A DNA stretch of 64,000 bases from a virus (Duplodnaviria; Caudoviricetes): IMG/VR virus record IMGVR_UViG_2757320370_000005; one strand, given 5' to 3'. The notes beneath the pieces are model-generated. The model worked only from the letters and a program-made list of their open reading frames with translations. It was not told the origin of the DNA and ran no database searches. Position numbers and translations under genes: made by a program. Shown one piece after another: positions 1 through 9,270 of the stretch (its first letter is position 1; every line of letters begins with the position of its first letter).

Positions 1-110
1 ACGGCAGCCTGCGTACGCTCTCTATCTATTTCAGGCAGGAAGCTTTGTTGCACCTGCTATCACCTCGCTGTAAAAGATTCCCCCGGCCGAAGCCGGGGAG
101 CATAGCCATT

Positions 111-806
111 TTAAAACGGCAGATCGTCGTCACCTTCAGGCATTGACGGTCCGTTCTCGCCTTCCTCCTGCTCGGCAGCTGCGGCCTCTGCTGCTGCAAT
201 CTCCTCAATAGTGAGCTGGTTCTCGTCTTCAACATCTACTGTGCCGTCAGGGTGCTGCTTGACCTGCACGCCGTTCCCTGGCGGCTTCGGCTGTTCACCG
301 CCTTGCTGCTTGCCGCCGACAACATCCTCAATCGTCATTTGATCGGGGTTGACCTCTTTGATTGCGAGAGCCAAGCGCTTGACGTCCTGTGTGGTGGTGC
401 CATGCCGTTTGATTACCTCCACAAAGGCTTCGATGTCTGGCGGCACTGTCTTCAGCAGCGGGCGGCCATCAGTATCCTCCAGGGTGTTGCCGTCCTTGTC
501 TGCCTTGGTATCGAGAGCAAAGAGCGCGTGATCCAGCACGTAGCGCTGCTGCGGCTCGCTCATCTTGCCCCACATTTCGGCGTTGAGGTATAGGATAGCG
601 TCCTTGTCCCATGTGCTTCGGAGATCATCGCCCAGCACCTTAATTTTGCCGAACAGCACCTTGCCCTTGGACTTCCAGCCGCCGTGCTTCATCAGAATCA
701 GAAAATTGGTGTCCTCAAAATAATGGTGATGCTTTTGGATCATGTCCTCCAGCAGGTCATAGGTCTCCTTGGTACCTTCTCTGTGAAACTTTTCTGCTTT
801 AGCCAT
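111..806 (-). CDS. Phage metallopeptidase-like domain protein with acidic low-complexity tail
   Basis: N-half resembles the phage putative metallopeptidase family, but the HExxH position reads DHALF; C-terminus ends DDDLPF. Confidence 0.6.
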   Translation of the reverse strand: MAKAEKFHREGTKETYDLLEDMIQKHHHYFEDTNFLILMKHGGWKSKGKVLFGKIKVLGDDLRSTWDKDAILYLNAEMWGKMSEPQQRYVLDHALFALDTKADKDGNTLEDTDGRPLLKTVPPDIEAFVEVIKRHGTTTQDVKRLALAIKEVNPDQMTIEDVVGGKQQGGEQPKPPGNGVQVKQHPDGTVDVEDENQLTIEEIAAAEAAAAEQEEGENGPSMPEGDDDLPF

Positions 807-834
807 TTATAATTGCTCCTCTCGAATTTGGGTT

Positions 835-987
835 TTATGAGAAAATGACGATTGCAGCCAGCGCGAGAATCCCTGCGATGCAGATGCCGGCCATGTGCAT
901 GCTGCCTTCCTTGTCCCTGTCCATTTCAGCGACAGATCCAATAAACGAAATGATGATGACAACTGCGAGGATGATCTTAATCCACAT
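835..987 (-). CDS. Small two-TM membrane protein (MWIKIILAVV...)
   Basis: Two hydrophobic segments; start moved to ATG 987. Confidence 0.6.
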   Translation of the reverse strand: MWIKIILAVVIIISFIGSVAEMDRDKEGSMHMAGICIAGILALAAIVIFS

Positions 988-1369
988 GGGCTCTTGCCCC
1001 CAGTAGCGTGATATATGCCGCCTCTGCCCTCTCTCTGGGGCTGGCGGTGAGTAAATCGCTAATTGCAGATAGCAGAACCCATTCATCATCATTCAGGTTG
1101 TAATAGTCTAAGTAGTCGCCTCTCCAGCACACGTACATTAGGTTCTTTATATAAGCAGTTTTGTCTTTGGCTATCGCTGCCTTTTCTACCTCCAGAGAGG
1201 CAGCAGGGTCGGTACAGGGGTCCCATTTCTCCGGCATACGGAAGCGATTTTCATCAATCCACCAAACAAAGTCACGTTTCTTGTTTGGATCTCCCCCAGC
1301 CTTCCAGCCCATCAATACCGCCAGCGCCCGGTTCAGCTCCGGGTTGGTCATTGTCTGTACCTGTGTCAT
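977..1369 (-). CDS. Phage ABA-sandwich-like protein
   Basis: LNRALAVLMGW...WDPCTDPAASLEV pattern. Confidence 0.6.
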   Translation of the reverse strand: MTQVQTMTNPELNRALAVLMGWKAGGDPNKKRDFVWWIDENRFRMPEKWDPCTDPAASLEVEKAAIAKDKTAYIKNLMYVCWRGDYLDYYNLNDDEWVLLSAISDLLTASPRERAEAAYITLLGARAHVD

Positions 1370-1554
1370 GACTTACCCTCACCAATCCAGTCCGTGACAG
1401 CCTCATACACTTCGTCAGGCAAGTTATTTCCCATTTGAGCACTGACCATCTGCACCCGAGTACAGTTCAGTTTGGCTGCCAATTCTACAAAGTTCAGCCG
1501 TTCTATCTGTCTCTTCCGGTAGAATGATTCTTGTTGTTCTGCAGTCAATTTCAT
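1366..1554 (-). CDS. Small HTH-like hypothetical protein
   Basis: Coupled ORF in operon; LNFVELAAKLNCTRVQMVS is HTH-like. Confidence 0.55.
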   Translation of the reverse strand: MKLTAEQQESFYRKRQIERLNFVELAAKLNCTRVQMVSAQMGNNLPDEVYEAVTDWIGEGKS

Positions 1555-2060
1555 GCCTTGTCGCTCCCTTCCTCTGCCTGCCGAGCAAGCAGTGCATTTA
1601 ATACAGCCGTGGTATCCAGTAAGGTGGGATAAGGAGACTTCTTTTCTTCGATGTCCTTATTTGCCAGGGCCGAACTGATTTGGGTAATTGAAGTGTCGAT
1701 CATGCGTTTAACACACCGGGTATCCTCGTTAGATTCAGAAAACGGGAAGTTCAGGGCATCAGCAAGGTTGGTTAGAGCTCTCCCCATTGCCTCCCGTTGC
1801 CGGGCTATGGTCTGTTGTGCCTCTGCGAGATCCCGTTCAATCTTTGATCTTTTTGCCCACTCTGCGATATATTGCTCTTTCCATCCGCTTGCGTTAATCG
1901 TCATTTCCTTAAGTTGTTGTTGTTCCTCTGCCAACTCTTCGGTTTTTCCGGTAAGTTGTTGTTGTGCCTCTTCTAACGCCTTTTTGGTGTGGAGCAAGTC
2001 AGCCTCCAGCAGCGCCATCGTCATGCCTATCTCTTCTATCTGTTCTGGTGTCATGCTCAT
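1551..2060 (-). CDS. Coiled-coil hypothetical protein
   Basis: Heptad-rich; 4-nt overlaps with neighbours. Confidence 0.7.
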   Translation of the reverse strand: MSMTPEQIEEIGMTMALLEADLLHTKKALEEAQQQLTGKTEELAEEQQQLKEMTINASGWKEQYIAEWAKRSKIERDLAEAQQTIARQREAMGRALTNLADALNFPFSESNEDTRCVKRMIDTSITQISSALANKDIEEKKSPYPTLLDTTAVLNALLARQAEEGSDKA

Positions 2061-2331
2061 AAATTATTCGTCTCCTCTCCCGGGAGTAGCGACAACATTG
2101 CATATCCCTCAGCAAGCCACGGACCACCACTCAACACATGGGTGATCAATCGGATATCTATATTTCCTGTTCCCTGTTTTTTTCAGGGTCATATTCCGTG
2201 ATTACCAGCCAGTCTCCAACTTGATAATCACGATCGTTCAGCCTCAGTTCAGCCATCTTGCGATGATTGGGGTCAGGGTGAGTCAACGCTGCGAAATGCT
2301 CCGGCCAACATTTTATAATGTGTTGTTTCAT
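2057..2331 (-). pseudogene. ASCH/DUF3850-like protein split at an A7 tract (GAA AAA AAC); needs a -1 shift; absent from the ORF track
   Basis: Frame 0: MKQHIIKCWPEHF...ELRLNDRDYQVGDWLVITEYDPEK; -1 frame continues QGTGNIDIRLITHVLSGGPWLAEGYAMLSL to a stop overlapping the next ATG. Confidence 0.75.
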
Positions 2332-2777
2332 ACCTTCTCCGCCTCTCCCCCGAGCAGTTCCGGGTTGTCATAGATGTTGCCGAGTCTCTGTGAAAATGGA
2401 ATCCAAGAATGCTCACGATCAAATTCCGCAACCTCGCCCAATCTCATAAATCCATCTGGGAAGCTATTTGAAATTAAGAGAAACTCACATATTTGAAATT
2501 TGACTTCGCATGTAACAGGTCCAATATCTTCACATTCAAAGCGAATAATATCCCCGTCAGAAATTTCAACCTCGTCTTCGTTGAACGGTTCATCATAGAC
2601 GCCGGTATACAGAATCAACTCAAAATCAGACATACGCAGCACATGGTAACCTTTGCCATCCATCTCCATGTAAACGCCCAGTACCTTGGTGTCAAAATTG
2701 ATCATTACCAGATTCTCCGGCTCGATCATCACGCCCAGCGGCTTATACCAAGCGCGGTATTTTGGTTGCCTGCCCAT
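2328..2777 (-). CDS. yopX: YopX family protein
   Basis: KYRAW...LILYTG...EISDGDII...RLGNIYDNPELL signature. Confidence 0.9.
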   Translation of the reverse strand: MGRQPKYRAWYKPLGVMIEPENLVMINFDTKVLGVYMEMDGKGYHVLRMSDFELILYTGVYDEPFNEDEVEISDGDIIRFECEDIGPVTCEVKFQICEFLLISNSFPDGFMRLGEVAEFDREHSWIPFSQRLGNIYDNPELLGGEAEKV

Positions 2778-2782
2778 ACTGG

Positions 2783-3241
2783 TTATGCCTCCCCTTTGAT
2801 AAGACCGCGGATCTTTTCAATATGCTGATGTGCCATTTTAGAGGTCTTCTGATCCTCTGTAAATTCAGCGATGTCCCTGAGCGCCCTCACGGCCTCGTTT
2901 AACAATGCATCCATGTTGTAATGCGAAACCATCATACGGGTTACTGATTCCGCAGCCTTTTCATCCAATTTGCTGATTGTGGTCTGGACATCGTTCCAAT
3001 CGTCCTCGCCGTTGAAAATAACGTACTCCCCGTTTGGCATATCCTCACGGTTCAACCAGCCGCCTTCTTCGTTCATAGCAACATAATCCTCGTTAAACAT
3101 GCTCCATATGATTAAGCTGCAGTATCCTTCGCAGTAAAGGGCTTCGTTAAGATGTAAGGGGCGCCCGTTAATGTCCTTTGCATCAATCGGCACCATACCC
3201 TGCTTCATTTTCTCAACCATTCGTTTTGTGGACTCATCCAT
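2783..3241 (-). CDS. Hypothetical protein
   Basis: AAGGAG RBS before ATG 3241; in operon. Confidence 0.7.
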   Translation of the reverse strand: MDESTKRMVEKMKQGMVPIDAKDINGRPLHLNEALYCEGYCSLIIWSMFNEDYVAMNEEGGWLNREDMPNGEYVIFNGEDDWNDVQTTISKLDEKAAESVTRMMVSHYNMDALLNEAVRALRDIAEFTEDQKTSKMAHQHIEKIRGLIKGEA

Positions 3242-3273
3242 GCTTATCAGCTCCTTTATAGGGGAGAGGGTGG

Positions 3274-3669
3274 TTAACCCTCTGAATCCCAAGTTCTATC
3301 GCATTGCTCCCAGGTCGAATTTTCGTTGTTCCATTCCACAGCCTGTTTACGGAAGGATTCTTTCTCAGCTGCAAGGTCATAAAAGTTGATCGGCTTGCGC
3401 TTCTTCGAGGCGTAACGCATTTCATAACTGGTGCTTTCCCCGATATAACCGCCCACGTTTATGACAAAGATTTCGTCCGCCATATCAATTTTTTGAAGAT
3501 GAATATTGTCTAATCGAATCTTCTGCTGTTCCGTCAAAGGTACGCCATCTGCATGCCCGAACACCCCGACACTGATAACGATATTCCCTTCCAGCGTAAG
3601 CCGGGCGTTTACTTCCTCGAATTCCTTCTTAAATTTAGTGGAGCCGCAAAGCGTGATTATCTTCCGCAT
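3274..3669 (-). CDS. DUF4406-like / nucleoside deoxyribosyltransferase-like fold protein
   Basis: ITLCGSTKF...HLQKIDMADEIFVINVGGYIGEST pattern. Confidence 0.7.
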   Translation of the reverse strand: MRKIITLCGSTKFKKEFEEVNARLTLEGNIVISVGVFGHADGVPLTEQQKIRLDNIHLQKIDMADEIFVINVGGYIGESTSYEMRYASKKRKPINFYDLAAEKESFRKQAVEWNNENSTWEQCDRTWDSEG

Positions 3670-3690
3670 CGTTTATCTCTCCTTATGGGC

Positions 3691-3903
3691 CTATTTTTTG
3701 TACTTATCCTTCAACTCGGTGTATATCGATTTCAACTCTTCGTTTATAGGCCGCAAATATTTAAACTCGAAGAAAAATATTATCAACATTAAACCGCAAA
3801 ATAACGTCCGCCTTAAGTCGCCTGTCAGAATAGCCAATACAAGAAGATAAATATTCGTCCCAGTGAATGCGATTAGCAATATAGTGACCGTCTTAACGTT
3901 CAT
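3691..3903 (-). CDS. Small membrane protein
   Basis: Two TM helices; GGAG RBS. Confidence 0.7.
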   Translation of the reverse strand: MNVKTVTILLIAFTGTNIYLLVLAILTGDLRRTLFCGLMLIIFFFEFKYLRPINEELKSIYTELKDKYKK

Positions 3904-3936
3904 CTTCGCTCTCCTCCCTGGGGCTATTACAGCCCC

Positions 3937-5121
3937 TTAAAATAACTGCTGCTGTATGATGGCTGTCCGCCGCTGCGCTATCTCTACATACTGCGGACCT
4001 ATTTCTATAATGGTGCATTCCCGGTTGTTCTCCAGGGCTACCTTGCGTGTAGTTCCCGATCCTCCGAAGGGATCAAGCACATGTCCGCCCGGCGGTGCTC
4101 CTGCCAGGATACAAGGTTCGATCAGCTTTTCTGGGAATGTGGCAAAGTGGGCCTCTTTGAATTGCGCCGTGGCCATTGTCCATACCGAACGCTTATTACG
4201 GGATCCGGAATACTCAATGTCCTCTCGATCCTCGCGGTGCTGCTTTGGCTGACCTGGAACATCTCCTTCGTTCACCTTTCGCTTGAAACTGTACGCCCCG
4301 CCCAAAGCTTTCATTGGTCTCTCTGTTCTGGTGCCGCCGTTCGCGCGTTTGCTCCCGCTTTGAACCTCAATATTTTGCGATAATCTTGTAACGCTCGTTT
4401 CAGTCTGTTTCTCCTTGATCGCTTCGTGATCAAAATAGTATCGTTCTGATTTGGCGAGCAGGAAGAAGTATTCATGGGCCTTTGTTGGTCTATCCGTCAC
4501 GCTCTCAGGCATGGGATTGGACTTACTCCAAATATTGTCCATCCGGAGATACCAGCCATCTGCTTGCAGCGCAAAGGCTACACGCCATGGAATGCCGATG
4601 AGGTCTTTGGTTTTCAAACCCTTCGGTGTACCTATTCTAGGAACGCTATTTTGTGCTTCTGGACGATTCGCTCCTACTCCCGGGTTAGATGATTGTTTCC
4701 TATCCGCTTTTGTTCCAGTTGCGTAACTATCCCCGTAATTCAACCAGAGCGTTCCATCCTTCCGGAGTAACCGCCAAACTTCCCGAAACACCACTACACT
4801 ATGAGCAACAAACATTTCAGGTGTTGGCTCCAACCCTAGACATCCGGTCCATGCTGGCACAGTCACCGGCGGTAGACCGGGCATCGGCGTATAAGTGACT
4901 TCCGGCCAGGCTGTCGGCGGAATGCCGTAATCTCTCAACCCCCAGTAAGGAGGACTGGTAACGCAAGTGTGGGAGCTCTCGGCGTCCAGTGTCGGCATGA
5001 TCTGCATGTTGTCTCCTTGTAGGATCAATGGGTTTCCCCTTTCCCAATTCCCCTTCTCGCAATCACTATTGACAGTGAAGGGGCATTCGATTTGGATGTG
5101 AGTATTTTGAATGTCTGCCAA
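3937..5121 (-). CDS. Orphan amino-DNA methyltransferase (beta class, probably m4C)
   Basis: TSPPY catalytic motif precedes the DPFGGSGTT SAM-binding motif; start uncertain. Confidence 0.9.
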   Translation of the reverse strand: MADIQNTHIQIECPFTVNSDCEKGNWERGNPLILQGDNMQIMPTLDAESSHTCVTSPPYWGLRDYGIPPTAWPEVTYTPMPGLPPVTVPAWTGCLGLEPTPEMFVAHSVVVFREVWRLLRKDGTLWLNYGDSYATGTKADRKQSSNPGVGANRPEAQNSVPRIGTPKGLKTKDLIGIPWRVAFALQADGWYLRMDNIWSKSNPMPESVTDRPTKAHEYFFLLAKSERYYFDHEAIKEKQTETSVTRLSQNIEVQSGSKRANGGTRTERPMKALGGAYSFKRKVNEGDVPGQPKQHREDREDIEYSGSRNKRSVWTMATAQFKEAHFATFPEKLIEPCILAGAPPGGHVLDPFGGSGTTRKVALENNRECTIIEIGPQYVEIAQRRTAIIQQQLF

Positions 5122-5187
5122 GATTGGAAATTAATCTCGCCTAATTGACTTTCTATTGTGAAAGAGAATATTAGGAGTGATTGAATA

Positions 5188-5361
5188 ATGAAAAAAGTAA
5201 AAATGATTTTTAGTTGGTCTGTTTTAAAAGTGAGAGATTGGAACAATGAACACCCTAAGTTAATGAAGGCTTTACATTTCTTATTGAGGAAAATTACCGA
5301 TACATCCATTGAAGAATTAGTTACTTGGTTAATAGAATTTATTTTAAATTCGATAGGTTAA
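5188..5361 (+). CDS. AT-rich antisense 57-aa ORF (MKKVKMIFSWSVLKVRDW...LIEFILNSIG); not in the ORF track
   Basis: AGGAG RBS; upstream TTGACT candidate -35; stop abuts the C5-MTase stop. Confidence 0.6.
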   Translation: MKKVKMIFSWSVLKVRDWNNEHPKLMKALHFLLRKITDTSIEELVTWLIEFILNSIG

Positions 5362-7275
5362 TTAAAGACTAAATTCCATCTGCCCAGCAGCAGGCTTGTA
5401 TCTCTCCAGTGACAGCGCCCGGCCGGAGCCCACGCACATTTCCGGCAGGTTGGACCGGACCAGAGCAGCCGCGAACGGTGGCGGTACGGCGTTGCCGCAG
5501 CGGGCAACCTGAGCACTCTTGGAATACTTCTGGCCGTCCGCATCCACATCAATGATGTAGTTGCTCGGAAAACCCTGCGCCGCGAACAACTCATGAGGCT
5601 CCAGCATCCTCATACCGATATCGACTATTTGGTAGTCAACGCCCTCCGCCGTGACCAGCCCGAACCGGTCCTTGGTGGTAACGGTGTGCAGCGGTCCTTC
5701 AAGCGTCTGGCCGTTATCGGCGTTGCCGTAGTATTTGAGCAGGAACGCTCTGACCTCTCCGACATGCAGCCCGCCGGCAGTAATCGTCGGCATCGGCTCT
5801 GTGACGGGCTGACCGTCCTTGCAGGTTCCCCGCAGCTTAACCAGATGAGAGGTGACCAGTGCGCTATGCCCGCCACCCCCGGCGGTTACCGTGCCGACTG
5901 GATCATCCATGGAGCTGCCGACCGACTCCCCAAAATGTCGGGCGATGTGCGCCGTCACCACTGCGTTATGATCAACCGTGGTCACAGTGGATAGCGGATC
6001 ATTGAGGTCATTGCCGCTGCCTGTGTATCCGCCGCCGTAGTGCTTAGCGAGGAATGCCGCAACCAGTGCATGCTTGCGTCCACCAGAGACTACGGTACCC
6101 AGAGGCTTTTGTAGTCCGGGAGCACGCGGGCTTTGTCCCGGCCCCTCTCCGTACCCAATCTCAATCAGCGTAGGGCTGACCAGACAATGCTCTGCTTTGG
6201 TTGTGATGGTGGTCAGTGGATCTACCAACTCATACTGCAGCCGGTCACCGCCAAAGCCAGTCTGTCCGATACGGGCGATGTACGGGGTAACCACTCCCCA
6301 GCCGTTTTTTGCTGTCACAGTCTGCAATGGCTCGTCAATCGCCTGACCCCGGAACTGTTCGCCGTGATGATTGACCTTGATCACGTATGGAGCAATAAAG
6401 GGAGCCGGGTTATTAAGGATGAACTTCTGTAAGCCACGGGCAATCCGGCGCTCTGTGTTCTCGGCAAGTGCCTTCTTTCGCTCGAAGATGCTCAGGCACG
6501 GAATGGACCAGTCAATAATCTCCGCTGCCGTACGCCATGGCTTACGCTTGCTCGCCAGCACTTCCGGGCTGTCCGGTGCGCCGTGTGTCGGTTCAGGCCA
6601 AACTATCGGACGACCATCACAACGCGCCACCAGAAACAGCCGTTTGCGGATCGTAGGGGCTCCGTAGTCACAGGCCCGCAGCTCCCGCCATTCGACCTCA
6701 TACCCATGACCGCGCAGGGATTCCACGAAATGATTGAACGTGTGCCCTTTTCGCTTCGGGTCAGGCATGTATATCCGCCGATCCATTGGGACAATCTCGC
6801 CAACTGCTGCCGGTCCTACCTGTTCGTCTTCCCCTTCTACTTTTGCAGGAATCTTCTTCAGCAGCCGTCCAGTTGCACGGTCACGCATTGGAATGATTGG
6901 CCCCCAGGTCTTAAACTCCTCCACGTTTTCAAGCATGATTACGCGAGGCCGGACCGTTGCCGCCCAACGGACTGCGACCCAGGCAAGCCCGCGTATGCCC
7001 TTTTCAACGGGCTTGCCACCCTTGGCCTTGGAAAAATGCTTGCAGTCCGGGCTGAGCCAGACCAGTCCCACCGGACGCCCCGCTGTTATCTCCCGTGGGT
7101 CAACGTCCCATACGCTCTCGCAGTGGTGGTCCGTCTCCGGGTGATTGGCGCGGTGCATGGCAATAGCTGCCGGATCGTGGTTAATGGCTACATCCACGCT
7201 GCGGCCGGTTGCCAACTCTATACCGGTGCTGGCCCCACCGCCCCCGGCGAAGTTATCGACTATGATCTCTCTCAT
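5362..7275 (-). CDS. Orphan C5-cytosine DNA methyltransferase with long variable region
   Basis: FAGGGG, SPDCKHFS, ENVEEF, RKRLF and GNAVPP motifs; start set at ATG 7275. Confidence 0.95.
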   Translation of the reverse strand: MREIIVDNFAGGGGASTGIELATGRSVDVAINHDPAAIAMHRANHPETDHHCESVWDVDPREITAGRPVGLVWLSPDCKHFSKAKGGKPVEKGIRGLAWVAVRWAATVRPRVIMLENVEEFKTWGPIIPMRDRATGRLLKKIPAKVEGEDEQVGPAAVGEIVPMDRRIYMPDPKRKGHTFNHFVESLRGHGYEVEWRELRACDYGAPTIRKRLFLVARCDGRPIVWPEPTHGAPDSPEVLASKRKPWRTAAEIIDWSIPCLSIFERKKALAENTERRIARGLQKFILNNPAPFIAPYVIKVNHHGEQFRGQAIDEPLQTVTAKNGWGVVTPYIARIGQTGFGGDRLQYELVDPLTTITTKAEHCLVSPTLIEIGYGEGPGQSPRAPGLQKPLGTVVSGGRKHALVAAFLAKHYGGGYTGSGNDLNDPLSTVTTVDHNAVVTAHIARHFGESVGSSMDDPVGTVTAGGGGHSALVTSHLVKLRGTCKDGQPVTEPMPTITAGGLHVGEVRAFLLKYYGNADNGQTLEGPLHTVTTKDRFGLVTAEGVDYQIVDIGMRMLEPHELFAAQGFPSNYIIDVDADGQKYSKSAQVARCGNAVPPPFAAALVRSNLPEMCVGSGRALSLERYKPAAGQMEFSL

Positions 7276-7652
7276 GTGCTTCCACCTTCCCCTGTTAAGA
7301 CAAACCTCTTGAATCCAGCGATCACCCTGCGACACTGGTCCTCGTCAAACATCGCAATATGAGTGTCTTCCCGCGCAGTGCCCATAAACTCTTTCAGCCG
7401 CCGATACGCGCTCTTGCGCTGCATGTGCTTATCCTTCCAGCAGGGGTCAAACACCTCATGCGCCTTCTTGCGCAGCTCGCGCAGCTCCTTGTTAGCCAGG
7501 GTGCCAAGCGGGTTTTTAGTGCCCTTGTGAGTACCGACATACGCATCACAGCCGGTGCATTTATAAACATGCGCGCCGTAATCCCGGCCATAAAATGCTT
7601 TCGTGCTGATGCAAATGACCTTCCCGCCGCAGTACCTGCATATCTTGATCAT
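7272..7652 (-). CDS. DUF3268-like zinc-finger protein
   Basis: CxxC...CxxCDAYVGTH...PLGTLA, HEVFD, HIAMFD. Confidence 0.8.
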   Translation of the reverse strand: MIKICRYCGGKVICISTKAFYGRDYGAHVYKCTGCDAYVGTHKGTKNPLGTLANKELRELRKKAHEVFDPCWKDKHMQRKSAYRRLKEFMGTAREDTHIAMFDEDQCRRVIAGFKRFVLTGEGGST

Positions 7653-7924
7653 TAAAAATCAATCTGCTTTCTGATCATTTCCCTGATAGATTCAACATCC
7701 GCAATCAACTGCAACAGGTTTTTAGCTTCGCTGGAACCGATCTTCAGCTTCAAAAATTTATGCGCAGCCCCCTGAACATCTGAGAAGTAACCGTGAGTTT
7801 TGAACAACGGAACACCTTCCGTTTTGCCCTCTGCAGGTTTGCTGATCTTGCCTGTGTACTCTTTCAGGGTGAATTCCCGATCATCCGATTCGATATAAAA
7901 ATTGCCTTCAATTTGCACTTTCAT
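7652..7924 (-). CDS. Hypothetical phage protein
   Basis: Strong GAGGAGG RBS. Confidence 0.8.
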   Translation of the reverse strand: MKVQIEGNFYIESDDREFTLKEYTGKISKPAEGKTEGVPLFKTHGYFSDVQGAAHKFLKLKIGSSEAKNLLQLIADVESIREMIRKQIDF

Positions 7925-7936
7925 GTCTGTTCCTCC

Positions 7937-8626
7937 TCAAAATAAGAACGATTGTTCTGTCGAATGGGTGTGACTGCCCGCCGCCGCAGGCTTCCCTGGG
8001 CGTTTGTTCGTTTTAGTTTTTGATTTGTCGTTCTTCTTCCTAGGCTTCTTTACTTTAGGGGGTGGACTGATAATGTCTCGTATGACTTCCTGTTGATAAG
8101 ATGTGTATAATTCCAAACTGCCACCATTACGGACCTTGTACACGGCCAGCGATATCCGAGCGATGATATAAGCGTCGATCACGTCATGGACCGGATGGGT
8201 ATATCCGAAATGCTCTAGGGCAGCTGCCTTAACAGCCTCTTTTTGTTCCTCGGAATCCAGCCTCCGCATGCTCCCCTTTTGACCTGTCCAGCTTTCTACA
8301 GCGACATATTTTTTTGTCCGTGCTGGGTTCACGTCAATATATTCAAGCAACCCTTTGCGATAAATCATGGTTCTGAGTCCACCGTGAATCATCCCCGCAG
8401 TTACAGCTGTCTGAGTTCCATATGCCGGCTGCTCTATCGCTATTTTGTCTTCTGGCTTCAGAAGGGTATAAAACTTGTTTTCCAGGGACACCAGCTTTCC
8501 GGTGGTGATCCCACCTTTCGGAGCCTTACCTTCGCCAGTCACTGCGATCTCAACAAGGACATTCCCTTCTTCGTCCAGTGCGACAAAGCCGGTTGTTGTG
8601 GCGGGGTCGATACCTACGAATCTCAT
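7937..8626 (-). CDS. RuvC-like Holliday junction resolvase
   Basis: FVGIDP, IAIEQP and HDVIDA acidic catalytic motifs. Confidence 0.85.
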   Translation of the reverse strand: MRFVGIDPATTTGFVALDEEGNVLVEIAVTGEGKAPKGGITTGKLVSLENKFYTLLKPEDKIAIEQPAYGTQTAVTAGMIHGGLRTMIYRKGLLEYIDVNPARTKKYVAVESWTGQKGSMRRLDSEEQKEAVKAAALEHFGYTHPVHDVIDAYIIARISLAVYKVRNGGSLELYTSYQQEVIRDIISPPPKVKKPRKKNDKSKTKTNKRPGKPAAAGSHTHSTEQSFLF

Positions 8627-8991
8627 TGCAGCACCACGCCCCTATCAATCACCAGTAGCGCAACTTCTGCATAATTCCGTTCAAGGTCTTTGGCGATCTC
8701 TCCAATACTGACCCCTTGTTTCCAAAGAAATTCGAAATAATCCAACTCTCCTTTGGACCAGAAGAAGTTAAGTTCCTCGCAAGCAATGTACAGCCCCGTT
8801 TGCTTGGCTCTCCGCTTAATCTCCCTTTTCCACTCGTCCCGAGGAGTAATGCTGCTTTCTTGGGGCGACGTGCGGTACATCGTCCACCGGAGAATTTCTT
8901 TTTCGGCGTTGATTCGTATATCAAAATCCAACTCGCAATCATTTACAATTGCTTTTAATTCTGATTCGGTTTTGTATTCGAGCATTTCCAC
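8623..8991 (-). CDS. Hypothetical protein with C-terminal HTH-like segment
   Basis: AAGGAGG RBS before GTG 8991; GVSIGEIAKDLER. Confidence 0.7.
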   Translation of the reverse strand: MEMLEYKTESELKAIVNDCELDFDIRINAEKEILRWTMYRTSPQESSITPRDEWKREIKRRAKQTGLYIACEELNFFWSKGELDYFEFLWKQGVSIGEIAKDLERNYAEVALLVIDRGVVLQ

Positions 8992-9015
8992 GTCTAGGAA
9001 ACCTCCTTTCACTCT

Positions 9016-9270
9016 TCAGGACTTTTTAAATTCCTGAACCTCAACGCCTGCGGCTTCGTATGTTTTGCGGCGTCCCGGATCACTCAACACCATCTGCCCA
9101 CGCTTGTACTCATGGATGCGCTGCTCTGTCACAGCGTATATTCTCTTAATTTTCTCAATGTCGTGCTTCGGATCTGGCAGCGGATCATCCAGGATAGGAC
9201 CATGTTCAGTCAAATAATCGAGTGCAGTCTGATAGCCTGCTTCATCTTCGATGCGTTTTTTGCTGCTCAT
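9016..9270 (-). CDS. Hypothetical protein
   Basis: In operon after the helicase. Confidence 0.75.
   Translation of the reverse strand: MSSKKRIEDEAGYQTALDYLTEHGPILDDPLPDPKHDIEKIKRIYAVTEQRIHEYKRGQMVLSDPGRRKTYEAAGVEVQEFKKS

Noticed and set aside
111-806. Active metalloprotease
   Set aside because: HExxH is degenerate (DHALF)
7266-7290. Third GGAAGCAC motif copy
   Set aside because: Lies in the RBS/overlap of two CDSs and has no flanking stem
5593-7362. Long plus-strand ORFs opposite the C5 methyltransferase
   Set aside because: GC-rich antisense shadows
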